A model generated the notes under the pieces. That model did not search any database. It was given only the letters and a program-made list of their open reading frames with translations, and was not told the DNA's origin. This document shows positions 26,770 to 40,700 of a stretch of 64,000 nucleotides of DNA, piece after piece. Every line of letters begins with the position of its first letter. Positions within the stretch are counted from its first letter, which is position 1. The DNA comes from the human T2T-CHM13v2.0 reference genome, Homo sapiens: assembly GCF_009914755.1 (NCBI RefSeq), contig NC_060944.1. One strand, written 5' to 3'. A program made the translations under genes and the position numbers.

Positions 26770-27615
26770 TGTTACCCCCCAAAACCTGGGGTTTGTTTGC
26801 CTGGTGAGTAACAAACAAATCTCCATGAGAATTCAGGTTTTGATCAGGACTTTTATTCCTAACGTAAGGAGAGCACAGGAATACTTTCCAAAGGCGTGCT
26901 TCCCCAAGGGAAAGCGACAGGAGGGCTTTATGGGGCGATGGTGAGGGGAGAGGATGCGTCATGGCATGTGGAGGAGGGGTCCCAGTGGCACAGAGGCAGC
27001 GAGTCATCAATCACGCCAGCATGTAGGTCGCATGTTATGGTAATGAAGCTGTGGCTCCTCCCAGGGTGGAGACGCTAGCATGGTCATGTGGAAAGTTCAC
27101 TTGGGCCTGTCTGTAAGTTGCTGAGGTCTGTCAGGAGCTGGTTCCAATGACTAGGTGACCTCATTCCACTCAAGGTTTGGGAGAAAACCAGCTGCAGGCC
27201 GGGCGCGGTGGCTCACGCCTATAATCCCAGCACTTTGCGAGGCCGAGGAGGGCGGATCACGAGGTCAGGAGATCAAGACCATCTTGACTAACACGGTGAA
27301 AACCTGTTTCTACTAAAAATACAAAAAATTAGCCGGGCGCGGTGGTGGGCGCCTGTAATCCCAGCTACTCAGGAGGCTGAGGCAGGAGAATGGCGTGAAC
27401 CCAGGAGGCGGAGCTTGCAGTGAGGCGAGAGAGCGCCACTGCAGTCCGGCCTGGGAGAAAGAGCGAGACTCCGTCTCAAAAAAAAAAAAAAAAAAAAAAA
27501 AAAAAGAAAAAAAAGAAAAGAAAACCAGCTGCAAGGCAGGAGGCTGTAAAACAGGCCGATTGCTTAAGTCAATTAAATTTCTATGGTCCCTGGAGACCCT
27601 CCCCATCTGCTTACA
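26770..27615 (-). mobile_element. Solo LTR, family unassigned, interrupted by an AluY
   Basis: TGTTAC...CTTACA termini, TTTATT (minus-strand poly(A) signal) near 26853, flanks CTAG / TTAG. Confidence 0.6.
27197..27518 (+). mobile_element. AluY (Ye/Yk-like variants)
   Basis: GCAGTCCGGCCTGGGAGAAAGAGCG; perfect 15-bp TSD AGAAAACCAGCTGCA at 27182-27196 / 27519-27533. Confidence 0.95.
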
Positions 27616-27749
27616 TTAGCACCCTACTGTCAAAGGTACCCCCATTCACCCAGGACAGGTTTTAAACTGGGGAATCATCTGTGTTTTATTTTTCAGAAGA
27701 GAGTTATTGATAAGCACAAGGTCAGTCTATCGGGTTTCCAACCTCCTTC

Positions 27750-27990
27750 CTACACTCACACACACACACACTACAGCCCCCCCCACATATACATACACAA
27801 ATTCACACCAACACACACATTTACACACTCCCACATGCATACACACTCCCACACATACATGCACTCACACACATTTACACACACTCACACACATGCACAC
27901 ACATCTACCCACACACATGCACATATACAGCCCCCCCACACTTGCACATTCACACATTCTCTCACACACACACTCACACTCACACCTCCC
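27750..27990. repeat. Degenerate (CA)n-rich low-complexity tract
   Basis: ~240 bp of CACA/CATA variants. Confidence 0.9.
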
Positions 27991-28076
27991 TTTGATTCTG
28001 TGGGTCCTGGCATAAGCCAGAACTTGACTCCTATCTTTGTGAATGTGGCCTGAAGCAGGATGGACTCAGAACACAC

Positions 28077-28363
28077 TTTTTTTTTTTAAAGACAGAGTCT
28101 CTCTCTTTCTCTGTTGTACAATGGCACAATCATGGCTCACTGCGGCCTTTACTTTTTGGGCTCAAGTGATCCTCCCACCTCAGCCTCCTGAGTTGCTGTG
28201 ACTACAGGCATGTGCTGCCATACTTGCCTATTATTTTTTTTTTTTTTGTAGGGCTGAGATCTCACTATGTTTCCCAGCCTGGTCTCAAATTCCTGGGCTC
28301 AAATGATCCTCCAGCCTCAGCCTCCCACAGTGCTGGGGATTACGGGCATGAGCCACCGTGCGC
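28077..28363 (-). mobile_element. AluJ
   Basis: Reverse Alu, diverged. Confidence 0.9.
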
Positions 28364-29304
28364 ATCATGAGGACAATTTTGATGATGAGTGGCTTTTGCT
28401 CATGGTCACAAGGATAAATTCCACGTGCCTGGGAGTTATTTTTTATTTAACCTTTTTTAGGCTTTTAAAATATATTATCACTTGAACAGCATTAGGAATT
28501 ATTGTAAAGTTATATTTGTATTGATGTAAATTACATTGTAAAGACTTTTTGAAGTGTGAGTTTTTGTTGGTGTGCACCCTTTTCTTTCTTTACTTTCTTC
28601 TCTTTTTTTCTTATAATAATTTTGTATCAGATTTGACTTCAATCATTTTTTTGGTTCTTATTTTTCCATGAAATTAGACTTTTGGAGCTTTTAAAAGGGA
28701 AGTGTACTTTGAGAAGTTTTCTAATGTCATGGCTCCCGAGGGCTCTTCCCTTGTCGGTGTGAGTGTGAACAAGCCTGGCAGCTGGCATTGAGATCTTCTG
28801 GGTCTGTGCCTCTTCCACATTTCTCTGGACTTTTCCTTTCTGTTGTCTCTTCTGCACCTGCACTGTTCAGGTTGGATTCTGATCTCTGCAGTTTATTCTG
28901 AGAGAGCTTGAGGGGTCAGTTTTGAGAGCATATTGTTTGCTCCGGCCACTCAGACCTTAACTAAGCACTGTGGCAAATGCCTCCTGGCTCTGAGGAGAAA
29001 ACTGGGTTCAGGGCTTTCAGACACCCCCTCAACCTCCCTCTCCTTCCCCTTGCACAGCCCATGCTGACCCTGTAGCTACTGGGTGGTTCATCTCTATATG
29101 CTGGTATTTTTCGGCTTCTGGGGTTTTGGTTTCTCCGTTTTAATATTTCTGTGTGTTGTGAAGGGGGCGATGGGAAGTCTTCAAAAATCATGCCACCCTT
29201 GCCACTGTCTTCCAGTATCCCCTCTTTATACTCTGGGATCCTCTGCTGCCCTGAAGAAGAAAGGCCAGTCAATACCATAACATTTCAGAGACACCTTTAT
29301 CATC

Positions 29305-29545
29305 TATTTTTATTTATTTATTTTGAGACAGGGTCTCACTCTGTCAGCCAGGCTGGAGGGCAGTGGCCCAATCATGACTGACTGTAGCTTCAACCTCCAG
29401 GACTCAGGTGATCCTCCCACCTCAGCCTCTCAAATAGTTAGGACTACAGGCAAGCACCACCATGGACGGCTAATTTTTTTGTAGAGACAGGTTTTCGTCA
29501 TGTTGTCCAGATGGGTCTCAAACTCCTGGGCTCAAGTAATCCATG
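29305..29545 (-). mobile_element. AluJ, truncated
   Basis: Reverse Alu with (TTTA)n tail. Confidence 0.88.
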
Positions 29546-29589
29546 TGCTCCTTTGCTCACATTATTTGCTGCCTGTCCCAAGGAGAGCC

Positions 29590-29740
29590 TTTGAACCTCT
29601 CTGAGCCTTGGTTTCTTCATCAGTAGTGAGGCTCGCCCCTGCTACATCACAGGATGGCTGTGAAAATGCGGTAAGTTATTGTCGAAGAAATCACATTCCA
29701 AATTGTACAACTCACAATGTAAGATCTTGCTATTATTGTC
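29590..29740 (+). mobile_element. MIR fragment
   Basis: AACCTCTCTGAGCCTTGGTTTCTTCATC core. Confidence 0.65.
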
Positions 29741-30452
29741 ATTAGAGCTCATGATCAGTCTGAGTATCCATCTATGTTTAAGGCATAACTGAAGTACTAG
29801 GGACAATGTTTATGAATATATCACTGTCTTTGCTCTTTGTGGCTTCCCCCCAGTTGCCTCCAGGAAGAACAGGATCATTACAAAAAGAATGCTGAGACAA
29901 GAATCTATGTCCAGCTTTTGAGATAGAAAGGAAGTCTTCTTTTTCTTTTTTGGTTCTCAACTTTAATATTGGAAGCTAGGCTTCGGGGAGAGACCAAATT
30001 GTTTTCTAATATCAAAAGCCCAACACTGTGGGCAATGTCAAGACATTTACTATGAGTCAGGAATAGAGGGAATCTCAAGACATGATGTAAGAGAAGCCCT
30101 TGACACATAGAAAAAAGATAAATGGATGAAGTACCTGCTGGACTTGGTACAATAGGAAAGGCAGGTGGTCAGATGTGCACATGCTCTGGTTTTCTGGTTC
30201 TGAACCAAAATCCTGCAAAGGATTTTGAAGGGTTAAACGTAAAATCAGGGGGACTTATTGCCTTTGCTTGCTCTGAGACTTGGAAGGAGGAGCTCACTCA
30301 CAGGGTGATGTGTGGACTCCATGAATGCAGGAAGGAATGGTGCCATGATAGAAGAAAGAGGTGGCCAGACAGATGAACCAGAGTTAGTATTCTCATCTCA
30401 TGGTTCACATGTGGCACAGAAGGAGCCACATGACCAAGTGGGATGACAATGG

Positions 30453-31010
30453 CTTCAGTTATCTTTATTTAGCTGCCCTACAAACCATCTCAAAACTTAG
30501 TAGTATAAAAACAAAAACCATATTTTTATGCTCAAGGATTCTGTGGGTCAGGAATCCAGAAAGGCCACTGTGGGCATGCCTTGTCTTTGCTCCATAATGA
30601 GGTCTCGGTTAGGAAGATTCAAATTTCTGGGGGCTGGAATCATCTCAAATCACCTTTCCGTCATGGCTGGTGCTTGGACTGGAATGCCTGAAGAACGGGT
30701 CAGCTGAGCCTGTTGACTGGAGCACCTACATATGACCTTTCCATGTGGCTTGGGCTTCCTCTCAACAAGGCCGCTACAGGGCAGCTGACTTCTAACATGG
30801 CAGCTCACAGTTTTAACAGAGAGCATTCCAGTGAAACAAGGCAGAAACTTTCATGGTCTTTTATACCTTAGCTTCAGAGGTCATAAACCTTTACTTCAGC
30901 CATAATCTATTGGTCAAAGTATCCACAAGTCTTCCAGATTCAAAGAGAAAGTACAGAAACACCACTTCTCAATGGAAACCATGTTAAAAAATGTGCAGCT
31001 ATGTTATAAC
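30453..31010 (-). mobile_element. MaLR LTR (MLT1F-like)
   Basis: CAAAACTTAGTAG...GATTCTGTGGGTCAGGAAT...GGGGCTGGAATCATCT. Confidence 0.75.
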
Positions 31011-31613
31011 AATGTATCTAAGAGTGTGGTTTGAGAACCACATGGACAGGGGAAAATGCTAGCGCCTGAAAGCTCCAGGGAAGGTAACCAGGCTGAAGAC
31101 CAATTAGGAGCCAGGAGGGCTCTGCAGTCATGGTGTCATGTAAGAGCCTTGGTGTTGTGACTCAATAAGAGAAACCATCTGACCCTTAGAGAGCTGAGAG
31201 AAGACCATGAGTTCTCCAGGTGCAGAGACTAGAAGAAATCACCAGCAAGGTTCCCTGGGATAGACTCACATGAGCCACACCTCAGCTAAATCAGCCTGCA
31301 CACACTCAAAGACCAGACCCACTGCCCCTCAGCCACATCTCCACAAGGATAGACAGGAGTCCAGGGAGACCTGCCGCAACCTCCAGGGGGACTCTCAGCT
31401 GCCCCAGGCGACATCTTGGGAAGGAGGCAGGGTGCTGCAGTTTGAACATATTGAATATTTCATGGATGGAGCCTCTTTTAAGTAGAAGGTAATTAATTAA
31501 ACCAAAGAAGGCAAAAATACTGTGAATTAGCAACCTATGTCTCCCCACTGGGGATGGTGGGGCCCCAGAGAATGATGGAAGCAGTGATGGAAAGTAAGGA
31601 AGCTGTATTTTTC

Positions 31614-32418
<805 letters not shown>

Positions 32419-32756
32419 GCAGGGATGGCATTGTTCTTGCCAGTGTGTTCTCAACCTTATGACATACCTGGTGCCTTCAACCTCCTTCAACCCTCAATGC
32501 TCAATGTGTAGTTGCAAATTTAGGCCAATCTACTTTTAGCAGAACACTTAAAAAAACTTGGCTGCTCTATCTCACTGGGGGCCATTCTTGCTTAGACTGT
32601 TGTGATCAATTTGAGTATATATATATTCAAATTTAAGTAAAAATGTCACAGTTTCACATTGTGGACAGTTCCTGATTACCTTATGGAGAGGTCAATTTTC
32701 TTCCTTATTTTTTTAGAAAAAGAATTTGGCAAACAGAAATCCAAAGCAAGCAAGCA

Positions 32757-32758
<2 letters not shown>

Positions 32759-32790
<32 letters not shown>
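32759..32790. repeat. (CA)n microsatellite
   Basis: Direct CA run. Confidence 0.95.
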
Positions 32791-32797
<7 letters not shown>

Positions 32798-34059
32798 GCA
32801 TCAAGGTCATAAATTCCATGCCTAGTGCTCTGGAGAATTGATTGTGTCTGACATGACTAGAGTTAGGTGAGACAATGGCCAACATTCCTCAGTAGAAGTT
32901 CTTCGAATACCTGAATTTAGGAGAAAGAAACAAAGTATTGGACCCATATGAAGCAGCCCCTCTGCCTTGCCTCGTCCAGAATCCGTCCCCCGCTCCCCAT
33001 TGGTAGCCTCTAGTTCCTGGCCCTCAGCTGGACTCTTCACTGTGCTTTTCCCTAAGTTGTTCTTCAGTTTTCAGAGGGATTCAATGGGCAGAGTGTCTGG
33101 AGAGACTTGGGTTGTCAGTTCAACCATGTAATTGGATTGTAGAATGGAACAGACATCTAGGATGTCAGGGTGGGAGAGGAGGGGAGCTTTTTCAGAAAGA
33201 AAACCCAGTTCAGAAGGCAGGGCTGGAGTCTTGGGCCACAAGTTGAGTGGAGTGATGGTGACGGGAGAGTGGGACTGGAGCAGCCATCGAGGTTAGGGAG
33301 CGGTGGGAAGCAAGGCTGGTGAGCAGGAGGGATGGTACCAGGCTTCAGAGCATGACAGAAGGAGATGGGAACCAGGACAGGCTCAAGCCAGCCCAACCAA
33401 TGACTCCACAAACACAGGTGGTGAGATCCTTCTTCTCCCCAAGAGCCATTTCCTGGAACTGTTTTTGAATCCCCAGTGAGATTTGAGATTTCAACGTCTA
33501 CAGAAATATGATAAGCATGGACTACAACATCCCCCTCATCTCCTCAGCATGGGCGTGCTGGTGAGCAGGACTGCAGGCCCGAGCAGGGGTGTAATGTGTC
33601 TGTTGATGGCGGGCCTGCCTGACAAACCGCAGACAGCTCTTGGTCAAAGCCAGTGTTTTTAGGCAACACAGAGTGGCCCTGCCTAAGAGGCATCCTCCAC
33701 AGTCTTCCCATTCCAGTCTGATGCAGTGGGGAAAGGCATCCCAATGTGTGACGTTCTTGAGCCCATGTCCTGCACACTGTGGTCAGGTGTAGTAGGCAAG
33801 TGTGGCTTGTCAATTACTTTAAAGAGAATGTCTTCCCAATTGGCTTCCCATCTTCCCTGGAACAAAAGCTTTTGGGATTTTCTTCACCAGCCTTCTCTCT
33901 TGGTAGAATTTTCCATTAAAAAGCTGCCTGAAGTCTGAGGCACATTCCCCTCTCCTAACCTTTTCAGTTTTGTATTCCATGTGACTGGGCCCAGCATATA
34001 CATTTGAAATAGAATTATATGCATAGAAATAGGATTTCCTGATTGTGTGATAAAAGTTT

Positions 34060-34270
34060 ATCAATTGCCTACCATGTACCTAAATCCTCATTTAATCTTT
34101 ACAGTGCCCTTATGCGATTAATGTTATTATGACCCATTTTACAGATGAGAAAACTGAGGCACAGAGCAAGGAAGCATTTTGTCCAAGGTCACACAGCTAG
34201 CAAGTGGCAGAGCAAGGTCTGAGCCCAGGGAGTTTGGCATCAGCATCCATGCCCTAATTAAATATCACCG
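34060..34270 (-). mobile_element. MIR
   Basis: CCCATTTTACAGATGAGAAAACTGAGGCACAGAG core. Confidence 0.9.
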
Positions 34271-34512
34271 TTGGCTCCTGCACCATCCAGCTATGCTCCA
34301 CATTTTGATTTTGAACTTATATTGCAAAAAATATCACCTTATTTACTCATACAGAGTTCCCCCCACTCCACACCTTACTCAACTTTTCCTACAATCTGAT
34401 TTATTTCAAGAAGAGGATAATGTTCAAAAGTCAAAACTTCAAATACTATTTTTCAGCAAAGAGGTTCCACAATCTTTATGTAGCCTCTATTTCTCCAGGC
34501 ATAAAATAAACT

Positions 34513-34640
34513 GAGCCAGCTGTGGTGGTTCACACCTGTAATCCCAGCTACTTTGGAGGGTGTGGCAGGAGGATTGCTTGAGCCCTGGAGTTTGAGACCA
34601 GCCTGGACTACGTAGTGAGACTCAATCTCTAAAACAATAA
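34513..34640 (+). mobile_element. Alu left monomer (FLAM/AluJ fragment)
   Basis: Single monomer, GGATTGCTTGAGCCCTGGAGTTTGAGACCAGCC. Confidence 0.8.
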
Positions 34641-35807
34641 AGAACTGAAACAACATTCCAAAGCATTGCCACAGCCAGAGGTTCAAATATTTATATGCAT
34701 GCTTCTTGGGAGAAAAGATTACGTCTTGATTAGGGTTGTGGTTACATGACTATGCATTTGTCAAAACTCATAGAACTGTATACCAAGAAAATGGAATTTC
34801 ACTGTATGTAAATTGGAAAATTTTAAAAGTTAGAATGAAAGGGCGTAAGTATTTGTGTCAATAATTCAACAGAAGAAAATAAATCTTTCATGTCTACTTA
34901 AAAGTGTCAGGGCAGAAAATAATACAAATGTTCTCTTCAGTAGTTCATCAAAAATGACGTGTTTGTAAATTATTCTATGAGATCTACTTCTCACCACATA
35001 GTGAGGGTACAAGACTCACTTAGCACATTTGCCACAATAGCTCTAGGATTCACTCCCCCCTTCACATTGAATATGCCTTATCATTCCCATAGGAAACACT
35101 GGCGAAAAAACAGAACTGGGATTTAATTTACAACTTCATGGAGATGTTTGGAAACCAAGTGTATTATCACATCACCTCTGATGATTATCTTCAAGCCATC
35201 TGTAGTTTGGTCTCAAAGAAAAGAAAGTTTGGCCTCAATTTATAATTGAGCAACACACCTCTGAGGCTTTAGAAACTGCATGACAAACACACATTTATTT
35301 GTGGTCGTGATCACAAAATCTATTGGACTTCACATAGGAGAGGTCCTCAGTGGCCCTTATAGGGTGGGCTGGAGGTGCAGAACCTGTCTACTCTACCTGG
35401 CAACACTGGCCTCAATTTCCACTTCGAGCAGTGAGAGAAGCAAGGTTATAAAAAGCAACTTCTAATTCAAACTGACACATTTTCTCAGAATGTGAACATA
35501 AGCAAGCCATTTCTAATTCCAATACTTAGAAATAACCCCTTTTGACATTTTCACAAAAAATGGAATGAAATATATTTAAATATCAGGAGAAATGTCATTA
35601 AATATTCTCTGTCATCCCGTTCCTTATATTTTTAATAACAATTTCAAATACAGAAAGGTGACAGAAATTATAGGCAGAGAACACCTGCATATCCACCACC
35701 TATTTCTGTTACTGATCTTTTGCTATATTTGTTTTATTAAATATCTATTCATTTCTCCATCACTGTATCCATTGATCATTCCATCTTCTGTTTAACAGAT
35801 TTCAAAG

Positions 35808-36178
35808 GTTTTAGTCTGTTTGGGCTGCTGTAACAAAATACCACAGACTGGGTCACTTACAAACCAGAGAAATTTATTTCTTACAGTTCTAGAGGCTGAG
35901 AAGTCCAAGATCAAAATGCCAACAGATTCAGGGTCTGGTAAGGACCCACTTTCTGGTCCATAAATGATACCTTCTTGCTGTGTCCTCACATGGTAGAAGG
36001 GTTAGCTGTCTTTCTGGGGTCTCCTATACAAGCGCACCAATCTTGTTCATAAGAGCAGAGAGCAGAGACCCCATGATGACCTAATTACCTCCCAAAGGCC
36101 CCACTCTCCAACATCATAATATTGGGGATCACGTTGCAGTGCATGAATGTTCGGGGCACACATACATTCAGACTAGCC
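35808..36178 (-). mobile_element. MaLR LTR (MLT1A-like) within L1M debris
   Basis: TTAGTCTGTTTGGGCTGCTGTAACAAAATACCACAGACTGGG...ACATTCAGAC. Confidence 0.85.
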
Positions 36179-36533
36179 TCAAGTAAGTTGCAAAAACTAG
36201 TACACTTCAGCATGCACACAAGTAACTAGAGCTCAATATTTCTTTATGGCTCTTTGCTTAAGGGAGATTTACATACACTGAAATGCACAAATCTTGAGTG
36301 AACAATTCAAAGGATTTTGACACATGAATACACCTGGGTAATACACACCCCTGTCAAGGTATAAAGCATTATAGTCAACCTACAAGTTCTCCCGTGTCTC
36401 TTCCTGGTCAAACCCCCACTCCACTCTCAAGAAAGTACTGCTCTGATTTTTTTCACCACATGTTAGTTTTTTGATATCATGTTAATTTTGGTTGCATATT
36501 ACTCTATTGTACCATAGTTTAAACATTTTCGAT

Positions 36534-36596
36534 ACAGTCATGTGCTATGTAACAATGTTTCCGCCAATGTCAGACCGCATGTATGACGTGGTCTCT
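36534..36596 (+). mobile_element. Tigger3-like terminal fragment
   Basis: TA|CAGTCATGTGC...GACCGCATGTATGACGTGGTC. Confidence 0.6.
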
Positions 36597-36770
36597 GGCT
36601 GCATAGAGAGCACGTAAGTTAAGTGTTTCGCTGAGACTTAGGATGCCTCGAGGATGGAGTGGTTAATTCATTCCTATGGATTAAAAATGTTTCCGGAATG
36701 CACCACTTAACAGGGCAGAGACAAGTGATGTGGTATGCTCTCTAGGACCTGTATAGAATAATGTCTCCTC

Positions 36771-36873
36771 GGCGGAGCTTGCAGTGAGCTGAGATCGTGC
36801 CACTGCACTCCAGCCTGGTTGACTGAGCGAGACTCCGTCTCAAAAAAAAAATAAAAAATAAAAAATAAATAAA
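36771..36873 (+). mobile_element. Severely 5'-truncated AluY
   Basis: GGCGGAGCTTGCAGTGAG to A-tail; TSD ATAATGTCTCCTC at 36758-36770 / 36877-36889. Confidence 0.9.
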
Positions 36874-36994
36874 AGTATAATGTCTCCTCAACCTTTTTAT
36901 GGCATAATAGAAGAATAGGCTGGTTTATGGTGTAGGCTTATGGGAAGAGAGAGGAAATAGATAAATAGATTTATTTATTGAAAATAAAAGAAAG

Positions 36995-37360
<366 letters not shown>

Positions 37361-37559
37361 TGAAAGATGGAATTCTTAAGAGCTTTGGGTCACCAAAATG
37401 AAATAAATATATGTCCATGTCACCATCATGCAAAGGCACTCAAGCCTTTGAAATATACTCCATTTATTTACTTTTCAAGAGTTTGAGCTGAATTCACTTA
37501 GAAAACCCCATGTTCTGTCAATAGACTAGGTTTATGATGATGATTTTTAAACCCAGTAA

Positions 37560-37720
37560 CCTATACATTCCTCACTGCCACTGCCTTATGCATGGGTGGT
37601 CACTGTATTACTCCCATTTTGCAGATGAGGGAGTGGAGGTGCCAGGTTGTTAATGAGCTGGTCAGGGACTGCTGGAAGTAAGTGTCAGGAGTGAGACTGG
37701 AACACTGTATACCCCCACCT
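37560..37720 (-). mobile_element. MIR fragment
   Basis: CCCATTTTGCAGATGAGG core. Confidence 0.6.
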
Positions 37721-40700
37721 GGCTGCCTCTCTCCCGCAGAACGTGTAGATTGAAATAAAATGAGCCTGACAGGGGTTTCACCCAGTTCCGGACCATTGCT
37801 TCTCCCTGCAGAGCTAGCTTTGATGAGGGCCACCTCCATAGGAAAGAAATCAGCAGAGGAATCAGCTCTGGATTCTCAAGAAGCCAAGGTGTATTATAAT
37901 AATTCTGCTTTCAAAACCCCTGGGACAGGCTAAGTAGCCCACCCACCAAATGCACACAGAATGACCGTCATCTGTCCAGCAGATGAGACGCCTGGGAGGT
38001 CAAGAGAGGAAACTGAAGCCCATGTGGAGGCTTGTGGCTCACAGTAGCCTCAGCCACCAGGCCTCCCTCCCTTCCTTGAAAGCTGCAGAGATGTGCATGC
38101 CTGCAGCCTGTTGAGAAATCTGGTCTCGGGCCAGCCAATCTGAACTCCACTCACACACACTTTTCTAAGGTGTGAGCTGAGAAGGGGCCCCCAGATGTAG
38201 ATGTCTAGGAACAAATCCCAGGCAGCTGGTGGGATTTGCTCTCTGGTTACTGCTCATGCCTCTTCCGTCTTCCCCACTCTTGCATCTACTCTGTTTCAGA
38301 CACTTGGTTTTGTGCAGCTTCTCCCATGCCAGACAGGAGGCAACACCCATTGGAAGCTGTTGGTGCCGCAGCGTGCTGGCCTGGGCTGAGATGGTGTGAA
38401 AACCCTGCCCGTCCCGCTGTTTCCTAACTCTCCCAGGCAGTGACAGCCTCTTGGCCTGCTCCACTGGCAACGCCTGCCGTGGGGTTCCACCAATTCATCA
38501 TATCTCCAATGTGCAGTTGCTGCAGGCAGTGCGATCTCTTGGCGCTTCGCTGGGCTGCCACATTTGGAATTGATTTGGGACTCAAAAAGGCTGTGGATCG
38601 AGGAAACTCTAAAGCGTTGTTCCCTTCTATTTCTGGCCACCTATTTCTGAGCTGAGGTAGTGGGATCTGGCCAAGTTGAGCCAAAGTGAAACTGCTGAAA
38701 TCAAGAAAGATAGTAGCCAACGTGACGGCAGTGGGTGGTGAGAATCCCCTCCTCCCTCTCAGTTTCGTGGACTGTCAGTCCGGACGCCTGAGTGGGGCCT
38801 CGCTAACCCTGCCTGCTGCTCTTGCTGCCAGGCCTGGCATCCGTTTTCCATCTCTATATGATTGTTTGCCCTGAGCCCAGTGAGTGCTGTCTGCATCTCT
38901 GGCTGCCGCAGACAGCAGCCTGATTTCTCAAGCTGGACATTGCTTTGATTTCCCCTTGGCCTACAGACCACACCACAATTCTCCCTCTTCTCATAAGCGC
39001 AAGCATCCCTTTGCAGTATCTAAAGGTTCCTGACGCAGTGGAGGTCCTCAAGATTTTCCTCCCCTTAAGCTGGTGCACCGTCCCCTCCCCATTCCGCTCT
39101 TACGCCTCAAATCCAATTGCATGGACATCACCAACTGCATGTCAAATGGTGATGTTAGAAACGACTTTCCGTAATGATCCAGAAAAAGTCCCATTTTTCA
39201 CAAAGGTTTTTTTTTCTTTCTCCATGACTTAGTTTTACATATGACTATTGTTTGCAATAAAGATCAAGTTTTGCAATCCATCATGCTCCCTTCCGACTCC
39301 CCTGTCCCCATGGTACTGTCTCCCGCTCCATGTCCGAGTACCCTCCCTCCTCCCTCAGCCCCCACCCTTTGGTGGGCTGTGCCAACAGTGTAGCAAGAGG
39401 AATTTCTGGAAGGAGGCCAAATTTGGCTTCGGATCATTTCTCTTCAACACACACTGGCCTCTGAAAACCAGATTCTGTTTGTCATTTGGTTTGCTCTCCC
39501 AGCGTTGTGTCATTCCGATGGTAATGCTGATGGATTTCAAGCTTGCCTCGTAGAGTAACGCACAAGGTTTTCATAAGCACATTAATCTTAAAAGAAAAAC
39601 TGTCAGATGCAAACAATACCCATATGACTGATGTTGTAAAGACACAAACTAACTCTTAACATCCATTCCCAAGGAATATTATCTTACAGGGGCCTGATGT
39701 TGCCTTTAACTCTCTTCCAACATAGGTACTTGTGTTGCAGGATTTTGTGGCACGTAAAAAGCTTGCTTTCTACACCAAAAGGCTGAGGATTAATGGCCTA
39801 TCTGCTCATTTGCCAAGTCCAAATAATAGGCTTGGTCACATGGTGGTGTAAATAAGACCATGATTACAAGAAATATGTAATTTAATTAGTTTTCAGAAAA
39901 TATAATATAAGCAGTCCTTATGAAAACCAAATTGGAAAATCATTATTCCTCAAGTAAAGGGACTCTGATCTCCGCAAAACCCTAAAATCTCATTAGCAGA
40001 TGAGACATGCTGCCCCAAACTCTTTCCCTGGTGGAAGAGTTCTTAGATCACAAGCTGATTTGAAGGCATTTTCCCATTTTGTTCCGAGGTTTGCAATATG
40101 TGTGGTATGAATTAAATATATGATATTACTATAAATGTGTGCCAGGCCATGATCAAGAACAAGCTAGTAGCTTGCATTAATTTAATGGTGTTGAAGTGTT
40201 CCACTGTAATTAAGCATCTGAAATTCAAATAGAGACAGTCATTAGGCTCAGCGATACAAAGCCACCAGACCAAAGACTATAAATTATTTCAAATAGAGGC
40301 CTCAAAAAAGTGTTACAGGGTCTGAGATGAGGTTCTTCAACAGGGGTGAGTAGTCACTGGCACTTAGGGCCATCAGTATTAATGAATACGGTTATTAATG
40401 AATACATTGAGACTGTCGACGGAGGAGCCTGCAATTTGTTAGCAATTGCCATATCTGGCTAAAAATTTCTGGACAAGGTTAGGCCCAGGTACTGTGATTC
40501 CACCTTCCTCCTACAAGGTCAGTGTGGTTCATCACCTGAAACAGAGGTGGGGCCAAGCAAGACAACTTCATAAAAAGATAAAGGAGACTCAAGCCTTTAA
40601 TGTTCACTGCCAGGCCCTGAATTCTCAGCGAGGGTCTCCTCTGGCCGTAGACAGACCTCATGGCACTTGGGCCGCTCAAGAGTCCAGAGTCCTTGCAGCC

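Noticed and set aside
27583-28053. His/Thr-rich 156-aa ORF
   Set aside because: Translation of a (CA)n-rich tract
38165-39553. Cluster of 60-115 aa ORFs as a processed pseudogene
   Set aside because: No recognisable protein similarity, poly(A) tail or TSD
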